Positions 42,001 to 54,355 of a stretch of DNA of 63,659 nucleotides are shown one piece after another. Below the pieces are notes generated by a model. That model did no database searches. It was not told where the DNA came from and worked only from the letters and a program-made list of their open reading frames with translations. Origin of the DNA: Lama glama (taxonomy: Eukaryota); the NCBI GenBank assembly GCA_028534125.1, contig CM052817.1:60638001-60701659 (forward strand), written 5' to 3'. The position numbers and the translations under genes were made by a program. Numbering within the stretch: position 1 is the stretch's first letter; each line of letters begins with the position of its first letter.

Positions 42001-45000
42001 TCACAAAAGGCTATCTGGAGTATAAGATTAAATAGACACTAGTTTCAGCCACAGTAGGAATCTGTGAACTCAGCATTATCCTCCAAAAAACCTTCTTTTG
42101 AAATGACATGCAGTTCATCCATTGGGGCTATACTTAGTCTTAAGCCATAGGAAAAACAAGGTCAAATCTTCTGTTGAGATCAGGAAAATAGTGCAACTGA
42201 TCCCTTTATGGTTGTTGTAAATAGCTGTACAGATTAGTGACAGTTCTGAAAAACTAAATATTATAAAGTGAATCTTTAATATTCAGTCCTCAAAACACAG
42301 GAAATGGTTTAGGTTAAAGGGTAAAAACTAAAATGTTCACCGTAATGTTCACTGATTTTTAGTTTTTCCTTCTGAGCTGGTATTTCCCTAATTGGTATTC
42401 TACAAATGCTGACTTGAATTAGGTTAAGCAAGTTAGAAATTATACTTGATGACTTGAATAATTTATTAAAAAGGATAAGCATTAAAACTTGCTTTAGTAG
42501 CACAAACACTTTTTTTTTTATAATAATGTAAGATAATGAAGCTGGCCACATTCAATGTCTAGGATGGACACTTCTAAGTTGAACTGAGTAGCTTTTGTGC
42601 TACTAAATTACATAGAATACATATCTAGCTGATGAACCAAAATAGAGTAATTTGGCTGAGAAGAAGTCATTCCTGGCACTAAAAGGCAATTTAACATGCA
42701 TTTATACCCAAGAAAGCTTAGAAAATGAACAGTAATTGCAGAGGTCAAACTTGTAAGCTGGCTATACTTACTTGTTTCACTCCAAAATTTGACTTTAAAG
42801 AAATTTAAACCTCAAATCTGTGACTGTCTGAGACTGTCATTGAATTAAAGTAGTTTATCAACTGAGAAAATTGTAAATCATGACATAAGCGCATATCCAA
42901 GGTGTAGATAATTTCCTATATCAAAAAAATACCATTGTGAAGTGTTATGAGTTTATAAAGTAGCATATTAACTACATGCTAAGTCCATATATATATTCTC
43001 CTTTAGGAGAACACCTCCTCCTGGTATGTTATTATAGTTTAATATACTTCATGACAATAATTTATAAAGTTGAAAACAAATATTGTGTAATACACTGGTG
43101 GCAGAAAATAAACAAAAGTATATGATTTTCCAAAGCAGAAATCTACAAGCTATATTATTTGTTTGCTTTTAGGTAATAGATAAATAGACCTATCAAAAAG
43201 AGACAATTTAATTTAAAACTGCATATTTTTATATTTTCAGTTCCTTTATGACATTATAAAATGCAGCTCAATTTTTTTGATGATATAAAAACAAACCAGC
43301 AGACACGATGTTTATTAGATGTGCATTTTCTGTGTCTAATGTATCTTTTAGCAATGCTATAATTAAAAACATTTGCAATCAGAGAATTCAAAGGAAGTGA
43401 AGAATGAGAAAAGCCAAGTAGAATAAAAATATTATTCCCCTTTTTTAAAGTATAGATTTAGTTTTTGAACTGTGACATCCATTATCATTGAAATCAAATG
43501 AAACAAACTACAGGGAAAAAACTTTCAATATTATTAGAATTCACTTCTTCTTTTCTATTGCTTTTGCGCAGCTGATTTTTTGATCATCTCTCTGAAGGGC
43601 ACAGGGGCTGTGCTGCTTCTTATAGATAGGCTATGAAAAAAAATACCACTGCGTCCAACTTTTAAGCTATCTCTTCATAAGTTAAACATTTCCAATAGTG
43701 TTGTATTCTATAATTCTCTAGTTTGTTTTTCTCCTTTTTAATTCACTGTTGATTAAGTTACAAAGGAACCAAGTGCTGCCGGGAACCCTATAGAAAGTCA
43801 GAGGTTTGAAGACTCAGATGAAGCTTACCGGGATCCTCCAAGGCTGATCTTTAAGTGCTTTGATCTAGTACGTCTGATCTTCAATTTGACATGTTATTGC
43901 TCATCAAGATGCTTTAGCTGGAAAATCTCCCTTTAACACAGAAAATGTGGAAATTTAAGCTCAAAATAAATTTTAGAGTTACAGTTTTTGTCAAGTTTAA
44001 GAAGTACTTCCTATTCATCCATTTAAGCATTGTCATTTCCTCTCCTAAATTTAATATTTTATTCATATTGATAAAAGAGTTTTATCAGCAGATGACCTGG
44101 TAGGGTATAACTGTTAATCACAATGAAAGAGTTGTGTTAGATTAGACCTTACACTTACATAAATATGAACGTACAGAATACTACTGAATTTACGACTTCT
44201 TTATTTAAAGCAGCAGTAACAGCTTTTCATGTGTATAGCTAAATGATCTGTGCTATTTAGAGACAGTATGAAGGGTGGCTTCGAGACTATGAGACTGTTG
44301 AAGAAGACTAGCTGAAGTGGTTCTAGCCTGAAAAACATTACAACAAAAACACTACAACAACAAAAAAAATGGAAGGAACAGTAGAAAAGAGAGAATGATT
44401 AGAAACATACATGATAGGACTCAGCACTTGAATGAGTGTTAGTATATAGAAAATACATTAATGTACGGATATAACAATGGTTTCTATATAATATGTTCAC
44501 AATTAAATTAACAGTACATCTTGAACATCTATTTATTCATTTAGTTATTCTTCTACAACAGTATTTGCTATGTGTCTTTATAAGTCTAAGAATCTATATT
44601 ATGGGGGTGTGTATATAAGTCCGTATGTATAATTTGCTTGCCAAGTTCCTTATTATTATATATTTGTAAAATTGTGGAAATCCTGTTAATGGCTCAGCCT
44701 TTGAACATATCCTTGGTTATTTTCTTAAGAAATGATTTTAGGTATGCAGCTTCTGAGTTAAATAATACATATATATACAGGGACACTTCTAAGACTTTGA
44801 TACTTTCAGCCAAACATTGTACCATACTACTTATTCACACATTTTAATAATTAAAATTATATAAAACCTCCATAGAATTTTGAAGGATTTATTTCGAAAC
44901 ATAATGGTAACTTAATAGCATATTGTATAGCTTTACATTACTGTGTTTCATAGGTATTTAGAGGACACTTTAACATATTCAGACAGAAGGAAATTGCTTG

Positions 45001-47026
45001 CACATAAAGCATGACAACATTACAGCACTTAAAAAATGCGAACTAAATCATTGGGACAAAATGCTGACTAAGTTATTTGAACAAAAAATGTTTAGAAAAC
45101 AGGCGAAAATCAGATTGGAATTTGGCTCAACCATTTAAGTGTGTATTACTGGTGTTTATGAAGGTATAAAATTATACTATGTAATATAGTGAGGCTATTC
45201 AAAAAATTTAAAATACTGCAGCAAAGCTTTTATGTACCTAACTATAAAGGAGGGCTCTGTTGTTCAAAATGATAACTGAGGGGAAAAATTCAACAGCTCC
45301 ATAAAGAGAAGAGAGAACAAAAGAAAAAAAAATCTGGTCAAAATTTACCTAAAGTAGCTCATACAATCATTACAGTTTTAAAAATTTCATTAGTAAGAAA
45401 TTAACAAAATATCCAATAAATCTTCAGGTTATTGCTTCCAGAGTCACCAAAGATTATTAGGTGGAATAGGACTCTTAAAAGTGTTGTAAAGAGTTGTATT
45501 AACACAAAAATGACTGTCAGTGATTAGTTTGATTAGTTGGTATTTCATCATTTGCCTACAAATGTCCCATATTTTCTATAATAAGTCTGTACCATGAGCA
45601 ACATGATAAAAGAAATAAAGAAACCTGCAGAAGATTGCTCAAGAACTTAGTCATATGATTATAATTAATATTAATAACAGTTCCTAAAATAATATCTTCA
45701 CATAAAAATCGCCCAGCATGTCTGTTTTCGAACAGCAGCCTCAAATCTCAAGCAGTTGCAGGGGCCTCTTGTATATTGCCATATGTGCATAGAAGAAATT
45801 TCTAAGTCTGAGAAACTTGGACGAAGCAAAAAAATACATATTTTTCCTATTTTCAATAAATCTGTGCAGAGAACCAAGGTGAATGAATGTCTCCAGGAAA
45901 AAGGGAAACCAAAAAAGTAACTCACCACTTTGTTTGCATGTAAAACTTACACATTAGAGTTTTATTCACCTGCATATAACCTATGATGTCTAAAGTTAGT
46001 TACAAAGTTATTTGTCAAAGTAATTTGAAAAGAAAACAATAGCTATTTATAATTTTAATAATTGGGGCTTCTAATTTTTTACTGATACAATAAAAAGTTC
46101 ATATGTCACCATTAAAATAGCAAAATGACAAATGCATTTGCTAAATTATCCAAAGAATGGAGTTAATAATATAGAATCACAACCCACCTCCCAGAATGAG
46201 TCTGGGGAAAGAGCTCTTCACCTGCCGATTTTCTCTATTATTTATTCATCTTTAGCATCTCTTGTCTTTGCAGTATCACCTTCCTGATATGTTACGTCTT
46301 CCAAAATCTCCTATTAGTTATTTTGTTTATGTTTTAAGTTGATTGTTTCCTACTATCATTTAAAATAGTACCTTGGTCTTAGTAAATTATTTCCAGAACA
46401 ACATAAGAAGTATTTTTCGAGCCTTCTAGGTATCTAAATTCTTATTCTGTTTATTTTCCTTTTGTTTGCTTGAGTCTGCCCTAAATTTTTAGCCTTGTCA
46501 GACCACGATAAACCTGTTCATTCTTATCACTGAGGTGAACAGAGGGAGAAAATGAAGTGGCGGTAATAAATCAGAACCCCTGATGGAAGAAATGGACTTG
46601 GAGGAAGAGACACCATGATTCTTGGAATCTGGCTTCCCAGATTCTCTGACATGTGGCACCCCCTGCCTGGTCTTTTCTCTTGTCTGGGAGAGCCTGTGAG
46701 CATGAATCATCTGTCCCTACTCCCCTGTGATCTTGACCTTGGCTGAGGAAATGCAATCTTGCTTTCCTAATCATTTCATAAGGCTCTTGTGAAGACTAAG
46801 TAAGAAAATCCTTATAAGCTCTAAACACAATGCCCAGTGCATTAGTAAATACTCAACAAATAGAGGCTTTTATTACTTTGTTTCCTGACCTTTCCTTTAA
46901 AGTCTCTTACTCCTAGATTTTAGCTTGAGTTTAACAAGATTTTTGTTTATTTTGTTTTGTTTTGCAGCTTTACCCTGATCCCTTTCCTTCCTGACCCTCC
47001 TTCCTACTTTGGTACATCCATGGTTT

Positions 47027-47673
47027 ATATATACATGTATTTTTTTTTAATTGAGAAATAGTCAGTTTAAATGTTGTGTCAATATCTGGTGTACAGCACA
47101 TTGCTTTAGTAGAATAGGAACATACTTATATTCATTTTCATACTCTTTTTCACCTTAAGTTACTATAAGACATTGAATATAGTTCCCTGTGCTATACAGT
47201 ATAAACTTGTTACTTATCTGTTTTATGTATTAGTTAATATCTGCAAATCTTGAACTCCCAATTTATCCCTTCCCACCTGCTTCCCCCACTGGTAATCATG
47301 TTTGCTTTCTATGTCTGTGAGTCTGTTTCTGTTTTGTAAATAAGTTTGTCTTTTTTTTTTTAAGATTCCACTTATAAGTGATAGCATATGTATTTTTCTT
47401 TCTCTTTCTGGCTAACTTAACTTAGAATGACATTCTCCAGGGACATTCGTGTTGCTGCAAATGGCATTATTTATTATTTTTTATGGCTGAATAGTATTCC
47501 ATTGTATAAATCTATCACAGCTTCTTTATCCAGTCACCTGTCAGTGGACATTTAGGTTGTTTCCACGTCTTGGCTATTGTAAATAGTGCTGCTTTGAACA
47601 TTGGGGTGGATGTATCTTTTTGAATTAAGGTTCCCTCTGGATATATGCCCAAGAGTGGGATTGCTGGATCATA
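47027..47673 (-). mobile_element. 5'-truncated lineage-specific (camelid-like) L1 with 16-bp target-site duplication
   Basis: Antisense 3' end ttttttaattgagaaatagtcagttt...; ORF2 tail YDPAIPLLGIYPEGTLIQKDTSTPMFKAALFTIAKTWKQPKCP; flanks ggtacatccatggttt (47011-47026) and ggtgcatccatagttt (47674-47689). Confidence 0.92.
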
Positions 47674-49397
47674 GGTGCATCCATAGTTTTGATTTACCAC
47701 TTCAGCCCAGCAATTGGAACATGTTTTCTGATTTTTCCGTTGCTCATCAGTTAAACGTAAGTCCCTCACTCTGTGACTACAGGGACCCAAGATTGAAAAT
47801 GCTTTTAGAGCTCTCTGGAGAATCTAGAAACCACATCTAAATAGCTCATTAAGAAAAGAGGAGGAGGAAGAAGAGAAGGAGATATTCTTTAAGTAATATA
47901 GTTAAGCTTCTTGTGGCATTGTGAAAGGCATTCAGCTTTATGTATTTGTACTCACAAACACACACACAGAAACCCACGAGCTGTGGCTCGTATACATTTG
48001 CTTATTCAGTCAGCAGGGTTGTGGAAATTACTATGATATGAATTATTTTATGTTCTTCAATTCTAGATCTGTCTGTGTTAATAACTGAAATCTATCTGAA
48101 TATATAGAGCCCATAGACTGAATAAATCTCTGTATTTTATCTCAATAAATTTTCTGTAACACCAGCACACCAAAAATCTCTTTCCTTTAGCCATTTTCCA
48201 ACCAATTATTCAAAAGATTATACTGAAAAGGACTGGGAGAAGAATTTTTTTGTCCACTCCTTAAGATGTCCTCCTGAGAATGTAAGCATAAGAGCTCTGA
48301 AAAACAGGATAAAGAAGTTCACAACTGAAAAGACCAAATTCATAAAGTTAAATGATTTCCTTCTCTATCAAATTGTAAATCTTATTATATAGTCAGTAAA
48401 TGAGTTATGATTTAAAACTAATCTTCAATGGTGGTTAACAGGCTACTGGGTCTGAATGGCATTTTGGAGCTTTAAAATGTGTTTTATACTTACACCTGGC
48501 TCTCTTGCCATCATTAAAACTGATGGAAGATGCTAATTAGCCTTTTCTGACCTTAGAGAAATAATGACTCACACATGCATAAGGCCTGGTTTAGGAACCA
48601 ATCTCAGAAACTCCGAGGTAATTACAAGCTTGATTTGGAGCTCCATTTCACTTTTGGCTTCTGTTGACAACTGCTGCTTCCCTTTTGAACCTAAATGTTT
48701 GTGGGATTGGTAAAGTGGATGCAGTTTTCCTCAGAACCCCTGATTGATTGAATCCCTGAAAAACAGGTTTATAATGGCCCTAGAATTTATATAGTGGTTT
48801 TGTATAGTGGCTTTGGTTTTGCTGTAATTATTTTAAAACATTAAAAGCTAACACATCACTGCAGAGTGGCAAGCCTGGCTCAGCTGCCATCTTGCTTCAT
48901 GCTCTTTGACAAACCACTGCTCATCCAGACAGCGTTTCCTCCTTGAGCACCTTTCCTGGCCCTCATTTCATCACCAGGTCTGTGGTGAAATCAGTAGGAA
49001 ACAAGAAAAATAGCACAGAAAGAAAAAGTAGTAATTTTTGAGGACTCCAGAAAGTGGTGTTTGATATAGACTTAAAAATTATATATATTTAAAGAATCAT
49101 GATATATTCTTTGTTCAAACCATGAACTATATCCCTGGTTTTTTTGTTTCTTTTTTGCTGAGCAGATAGGCAATTGGTATATATTGATGCATTAAAAATA
49201 GAACCAAAGCACCTAGAGTATCAATCAAATAATTTAGCAAGCAAAAAATAAACCAAAAATATACGAAGCAAAATATGATAGAATAAGTAAAGCAAAGAGG
49301 TGATATATAAATTGACTTTTTAAATTTTAGTTCAGCCCTGAACCAGACTACCTGAAAACTATGAAGAGTTTGAGGCTTTTGTTTGGCTGTCTTTCAC

Positions 49398-50615
49398 CCT
49401 TTTTATATTGAGTTACTAAAATCTCAAATATTTTAATTTTGTAATACCAGATAGAAAACTTCTGTGTACTATACACAACTCTTCTACCAAAATCTTGGAC
49501 TTACACTCTTAAGTCTTGCAAATCAAGGTATTTACTAGCATATCTAAAGACAAACCAAGAGAGAAAAGATAAGACTATTTGGTTTCTCCTCTTCTAATTT
49601 TTTTTTACAAGACCTCTAAAATAACACAATGGAGGAGAGATATAATAAGAGCATAAATACAGAGGCTGAAGATATTTCTAGGAGCACCTCTTAAATAATG
49701 TGTGTGTATTTGGCAAAATAACTATAGAAAGCATACAAGTGTTGGGAAATATTCTGGGAGTCGATGTGGATTTGAGATGTATTTCTCCATAGGTGCTGAA
49801 ATTTAGTTGTGATATCAGTGTTCTGAAGATGCAACATCTTATTTTTATCATTAAAATTTACAAAGTCCCTTTGATAGATACCAGGAAAGGAAACAGAAAA
49901 AGAGATAATAAGCAAACACATTTTTGTCACATGGCAAATGGCAGGAAAAAATGGCAGGAAATTCAGAGAAGATGCATGGCTGCTGATCCATTGTGGTTTG
50001 TGCTAACGTTGCTTTCATGAACCATTAATACTGTAAAGTGCAGATCTGTGAATTAGTGGAAATTTCAGCAAACAGCTATACATACTACCAAGCCTTCCAA
50101 CTAAACTGGTCAACTATAAAAAGCTCCTTTGTTTAAAAAAACAAACAAACAAAAACCAACCTCGTAAAAAGTAAGCAAGAAACTTCTAACTTCAATGTCA
50201 TTTCAAAATCGCTTAAAGATTCAGTGCAATTCGTGCATCCTATGATCGTTTTTCTAGTGTAATTGAATAGAAAGCAACTAGTGCAGGAGGGGGAAGAAAA
50301 AGCCTAAATTAAAAGAGACCTAGGGAAAGGATTTACAGCGTCTTCTACATACCATCATTGCCACTATCCTTGGAATATGAAAGTAAACCAGTTTGTGGTA
50401 GGGAAGCAAGGTAAACACTGTTTCTTTATGTTGCATTTAAGGGAGCTTTTATTTCGATGCAGCACTTAACCTCAAGATCCTTGGCTATTACTTGAGGTGC
50501 AATTTGTGTGCAATTATAATGTAGTCTGCCTTACAGACTGAGAACCTGAAATCCTCTTTTAATTGAATTATGAAAATCTCAAATGTTTTAATTTTGTAAT
50601 ATCAGATGGGAAAAT
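49398..50615 (+). repeat. Dispersed direct repeat pair (35-bp core, about 60 bp total), 1155 bp apart
   Basis: 49418-49452 aaaatctcaaatattttaattttgtaataccagat vs 50573-50607 aaaatctcaaatgttttaattttgtaatatcagat (33/35 identical). Confidence 0.85.
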
Positions 50616-51769
50616 CGACTTTCAGTTGGCTGTTTTTAATTCCCTAGCTCATTAGAAACAGTAGGGATTTTATATGGGCTGGCATAATGAAAATACTGTG
50701 AAAATAAGATGGCGCCAAGTGTCACTTTTTAAGTGTAATGTAATTTAATTTAGTTCTACTCTAAGTTACAGCAATTGGTATTTCAAATTTAAGTTAATAT
50801 CAGCATAGAAGGTTTACATGGTATAATCAGCAACCATTTAATTTGATTATAATTAATTTTTAACTTAACATTTTCAAATGTATTCATCAGAAATATTCCA
50901 TGGTACTGAGTTTAGTAAAATAAACTTAAGTACTTGTGTTATATCTGAAGTTTCAAAAATTATAAAGAGTATCTCCTTCTGTAGGAATTTTTAATGTTGA
51001 AATAACATTTTTTATTTGATCAGAAGAATTTTCTTATTTCAGGTAAGTATGTATAGATGGGCATTTATATGCATAAGAGAAATTTACTGATTAAGAAAAA
51101 AATGAAATATGTTAAAATTTATAATTCAGCTGATAGAGAGTTCTTCAAAATGGAAGTATATAAATAATGTCAAAGAATTGGAAAAAAGGAACTTCTACTT
51201 ATAAGCAGCTTTACATGTATTATAATTACTATGAAAATATAAATATTAAGTTAGGGAAGTCTTCCTATGTTTATAGGAAGTTGACATTTCGATTACATGA
51301 TCTAATGCCTTCTAGCCTACTTTTGCTTATCTGCAAATAGACTTATCAGCTAGTCCAGAATGATATTTTGTCATTCAACTGAAATGTCAACACTTTGGAA
51401 AGACATATGTTAACAGCAGGGGAGCAATATAACCTATCACTATTTGTTCAATAAATAATGTTATAAAATGTATTTGAAAATTGTTAACATTTGTATAAGA
51501 CGTAACAAAATTCATTTCTTTCACCAAATAACTTCTCTTCACGGATTCCATCAAAGAGCTAATGTTTATTGCAATGTAATATATGGTGATGTAAAATGTC
51601 TACACTTCCAAAAAGAGGGTACTTGAGTAAACTACAGTAGGAAGATATTACTCAGCCAGTGAAAATGTAATAAGTAGAATACAAAAATGTAAGTGTGGCA
51701 TGACTATTAGTATTAAAAATTACTTTAAAAATATCAAAAATATTAAAAAATACTAACCTAGCCTCCTCT

Positions 51770-53200
51770 TCAATACTGGATTTTTGGAACTATACACTAG
51801 GTAAGTTCTGGGAACCGCGTTAAGAGGCTCCACATTCCCTCTCAGCAATTGAGACTAGGTTTTCTGCCCTAAGGTCTAGAATTGTTTTGTCCATACCTAT
51901 CAAGAAGCATCTTAGTAGGCTGCCTATCTACTTCACATTTGGGAGCCCTATCATAAGCTATTCCTATAGGTCTCTGAAGGTCAATACAATTCAATTACCA
52001 TTTGCAAAAAGCATGTCATATTATGGTAGTTTCACCCTATCTAAACATCTACACTTGGCCTTTATCAACCTAGAATACTTCATTCATTTTAATATCAAGA
52101 AATCCAATTGTGTTGCAGTATTCTCAATTTCAGTTCAGGCCAACAAAGAACAAGCACATAGAACTCTTAGAAGATGCCTGTGCTCCACCGCCTCCTGTGC
52201 ATTTCTTAATGTCTCTGCATAGGGAGTCTTCCTCTCACTAGTAGTTAGGGAGGTGAACAGGTTCAGAACAGATCCATTCCAACATTTACACCTCCCTCAG
52301 TCTCTACAGTATATCAAAGAGGTTGTGTATATGTTACCTCCAAAATCCATTCAATTATTGGTCTGTCCTTCAATTAGCCAATTCAACAAACTATCACCAT
52401 GACTTCCCAGGTATCAAGTCAGCACATTAAATATCAAATCCCAGATCATTGCCATCCATGACAATATATTTGCCCTAGTCAGTACTTAACAGTGTATCCT
52501 ATTTGGCATAAGACTTTCATGAGTAGGCTGTATTATTCCTCTGACTTAGTTATGTTGGAATGTAACTTGTAGCCTGTATTGTGAGGGGCATTGTGGGCGA
52601 GTCCAGGAGAGAACTGTGATTCCTCGGGCCCAGTCACTGAGAATCATTTATGCTGAGGAAGGCTGATAACCCTCAGAAGGAGTGAGAGATTGCTTCCAAT
52701 ACTAAGGAGTTGCAGAAGGATTTGGAAGTCAGTTTCTCATCAGTGCCCTTTCTTTACCATGAGAGACTGCATAGGGCAGAAGATTTAATTAGTGGTTGAA
52801 TTATCCTACCCTTACTCAAGCCTTAATCTTGTTCTCAGTCATATCTGCCCTGAAGCTATATGATTTAAGAGACTCCTTCAAAGCTGCCATCAAGCCTCTC
52901 AAAGTTTACCTTATTTATGAATTGGGTATTCATTGCCTCAGTTTCTCCTTTAACCATTGTATTATTCGAAGACTTCAGAGTAATTAGCTGGAATCACATT
53001 CTTTAAAATCATTATTATTGCCACAGCCACTTAGTCTCCCAAGGCATTGCATTCCACCTACACTCCATCCCGTGCCAACACTACTAGTAACTGAATAATT
53101 ATAGTGTAACCACAAGTTGTAGATTGACGGTGTTCTATTTCCCACCAATATGCATTACATAGATATGTGAGCAACTCAGTCCCAGACTCTCATTTTTGTG
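51770..53200 (-). mobile_element. ERV-L (class III) internal region: decayed gag and leader
   Basis: Minus-strand peptides LTRANILSWMAMIWDLIFNVLT*YLGSHGDSLLNWLIE (52482-52369), RLREV*MLEWIC (52303-52268) and GAQASSKSS (52186-52160), colinear with HERV-L/MuERV-L Gag as I recall it. Contains stops and frameshifts. Confidence 0.75.
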
Positions 53201-53204
53201 CTTC

Positions 53205-53485
53205 TGTTTCATGAGACCCTACATGCTACTAAATAGGACATAGATGGTGCATCCTGCCTGGAAAATGGAGGAGAGTTTACTAAAGGAACTCTTTACAATG
53301 ATGCAGGTGGAGTTTTAAGAAAGTAATAAAGATTGGTATGATATTCAGGAGTTACAGAAGGAGCTATTATCACTCTTCGGCCTAAAGGGGCAAAGAAAGG
53401 GAATGGTTACTAGAACCTGAAGAGAAAGTTATATGAAAAAGCTGCCCCAAAGCACTGTGGCCTTCAGTAAGGGGAGCAGTCACTG
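53205..53485 (-). mobile_element. ERVL-type LTR fragment (LTR33-like), probable 5' LTR of the adjacent ERV-L segment
   Basis: ggagagtttactaaaggaactctttacaa...ggcctaaaggggcaaagaaagggaatggttactagaacc...ctgtggccttcagtaagggg resembles ERVL-class LTR consensus. It sits upstream of gag on the minus strand. Confidence 0.6.
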
Positions 53486-53869
53486 TATTTTAGAGTTGTT
53501 TGAAGTAACTCTTTTATTTATACAATTACATCATTAACTTGATATAGTCTCAAGTTCATTTGTATCAGTTTGTTCTCAATTTGCTCTTTTTAAAATTTAA
53601 TATTCTTTTTAATTATGTGAAATACTTAATTTTTTCAAATTTAAAGCTGAATAACAAAGTTAGTCGCAAAATTCTTAATTCAGTGCTTGTTCCTTTCACT
53701 GTTACCCTCCACTCTCCATATGTATTTACTTTCGGTTTATTTTCCTATTGTTTTAGTTTGAAAAGACAGACACATTTCCCCCTCCTTTTTTTGCCCTGAA
53801 GTGCACGCTGTAAACTGTTTTGTACCTTGGTTTTCTCTGGCAGTTCCTTCAGATTGCTTTAATTTTCTA

Positions 53870-54355
53870 AATTAGATGGATTTCATGATCATCTTCTGAG
53901 AGTGAGGACAAGAGTATGGAATTGGGGTATTAAAAGAGAAACACTGAGATATCTGTCTAAGAGAGTAGAGGAGAGAATTCCTAGGTAGATGTAATATGAC
54001 TGTGAGGTTGCATTAAATCTCATTTGAAGTTTGTGGACATGAATTTAAAATGACTCACACAGGTAAATTATTCCCTACTTAGAGCTTTGGATTTGACTTG
54101 CTGTTAGGGCTCTGCTGAGTTTCAAGGGAGCTGAGGATAAATACAGTGTTGATTTTAACAAATCACTGGTTTTAAACTGGGTAAGAGGGAATTGCGTCTA
54201 AGAGCGTGGGGAGGGATAGTGAAAAGGTGGTAGGATCAGTAGATCTTAGATCTTGGCCAGACTGTGGACTTGATAGAGGGAGGAGGCTCAAAAGATAGAT
54301 GGCGTAGGAGAGAGGAATGTATGAAATTGAGAGTACAGAGGGGTCACAATTATTG
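53870..54355 (-). mobile_element. L2 fragment
   Basis: Purine-rich L2-like text, e.g. atttgaagtttgtggacatgaatttaaaatga...ggtggtaggatcagtagat. Confidence 0.45.

Noticed and set aside
43155..43178. Second AG|GT juxtaposition (ttgcttttag|gtaata); similar ones at about 4463 and 21267
   Set aside because: Weaker donor halves than the 51042 site; expected background frequency.
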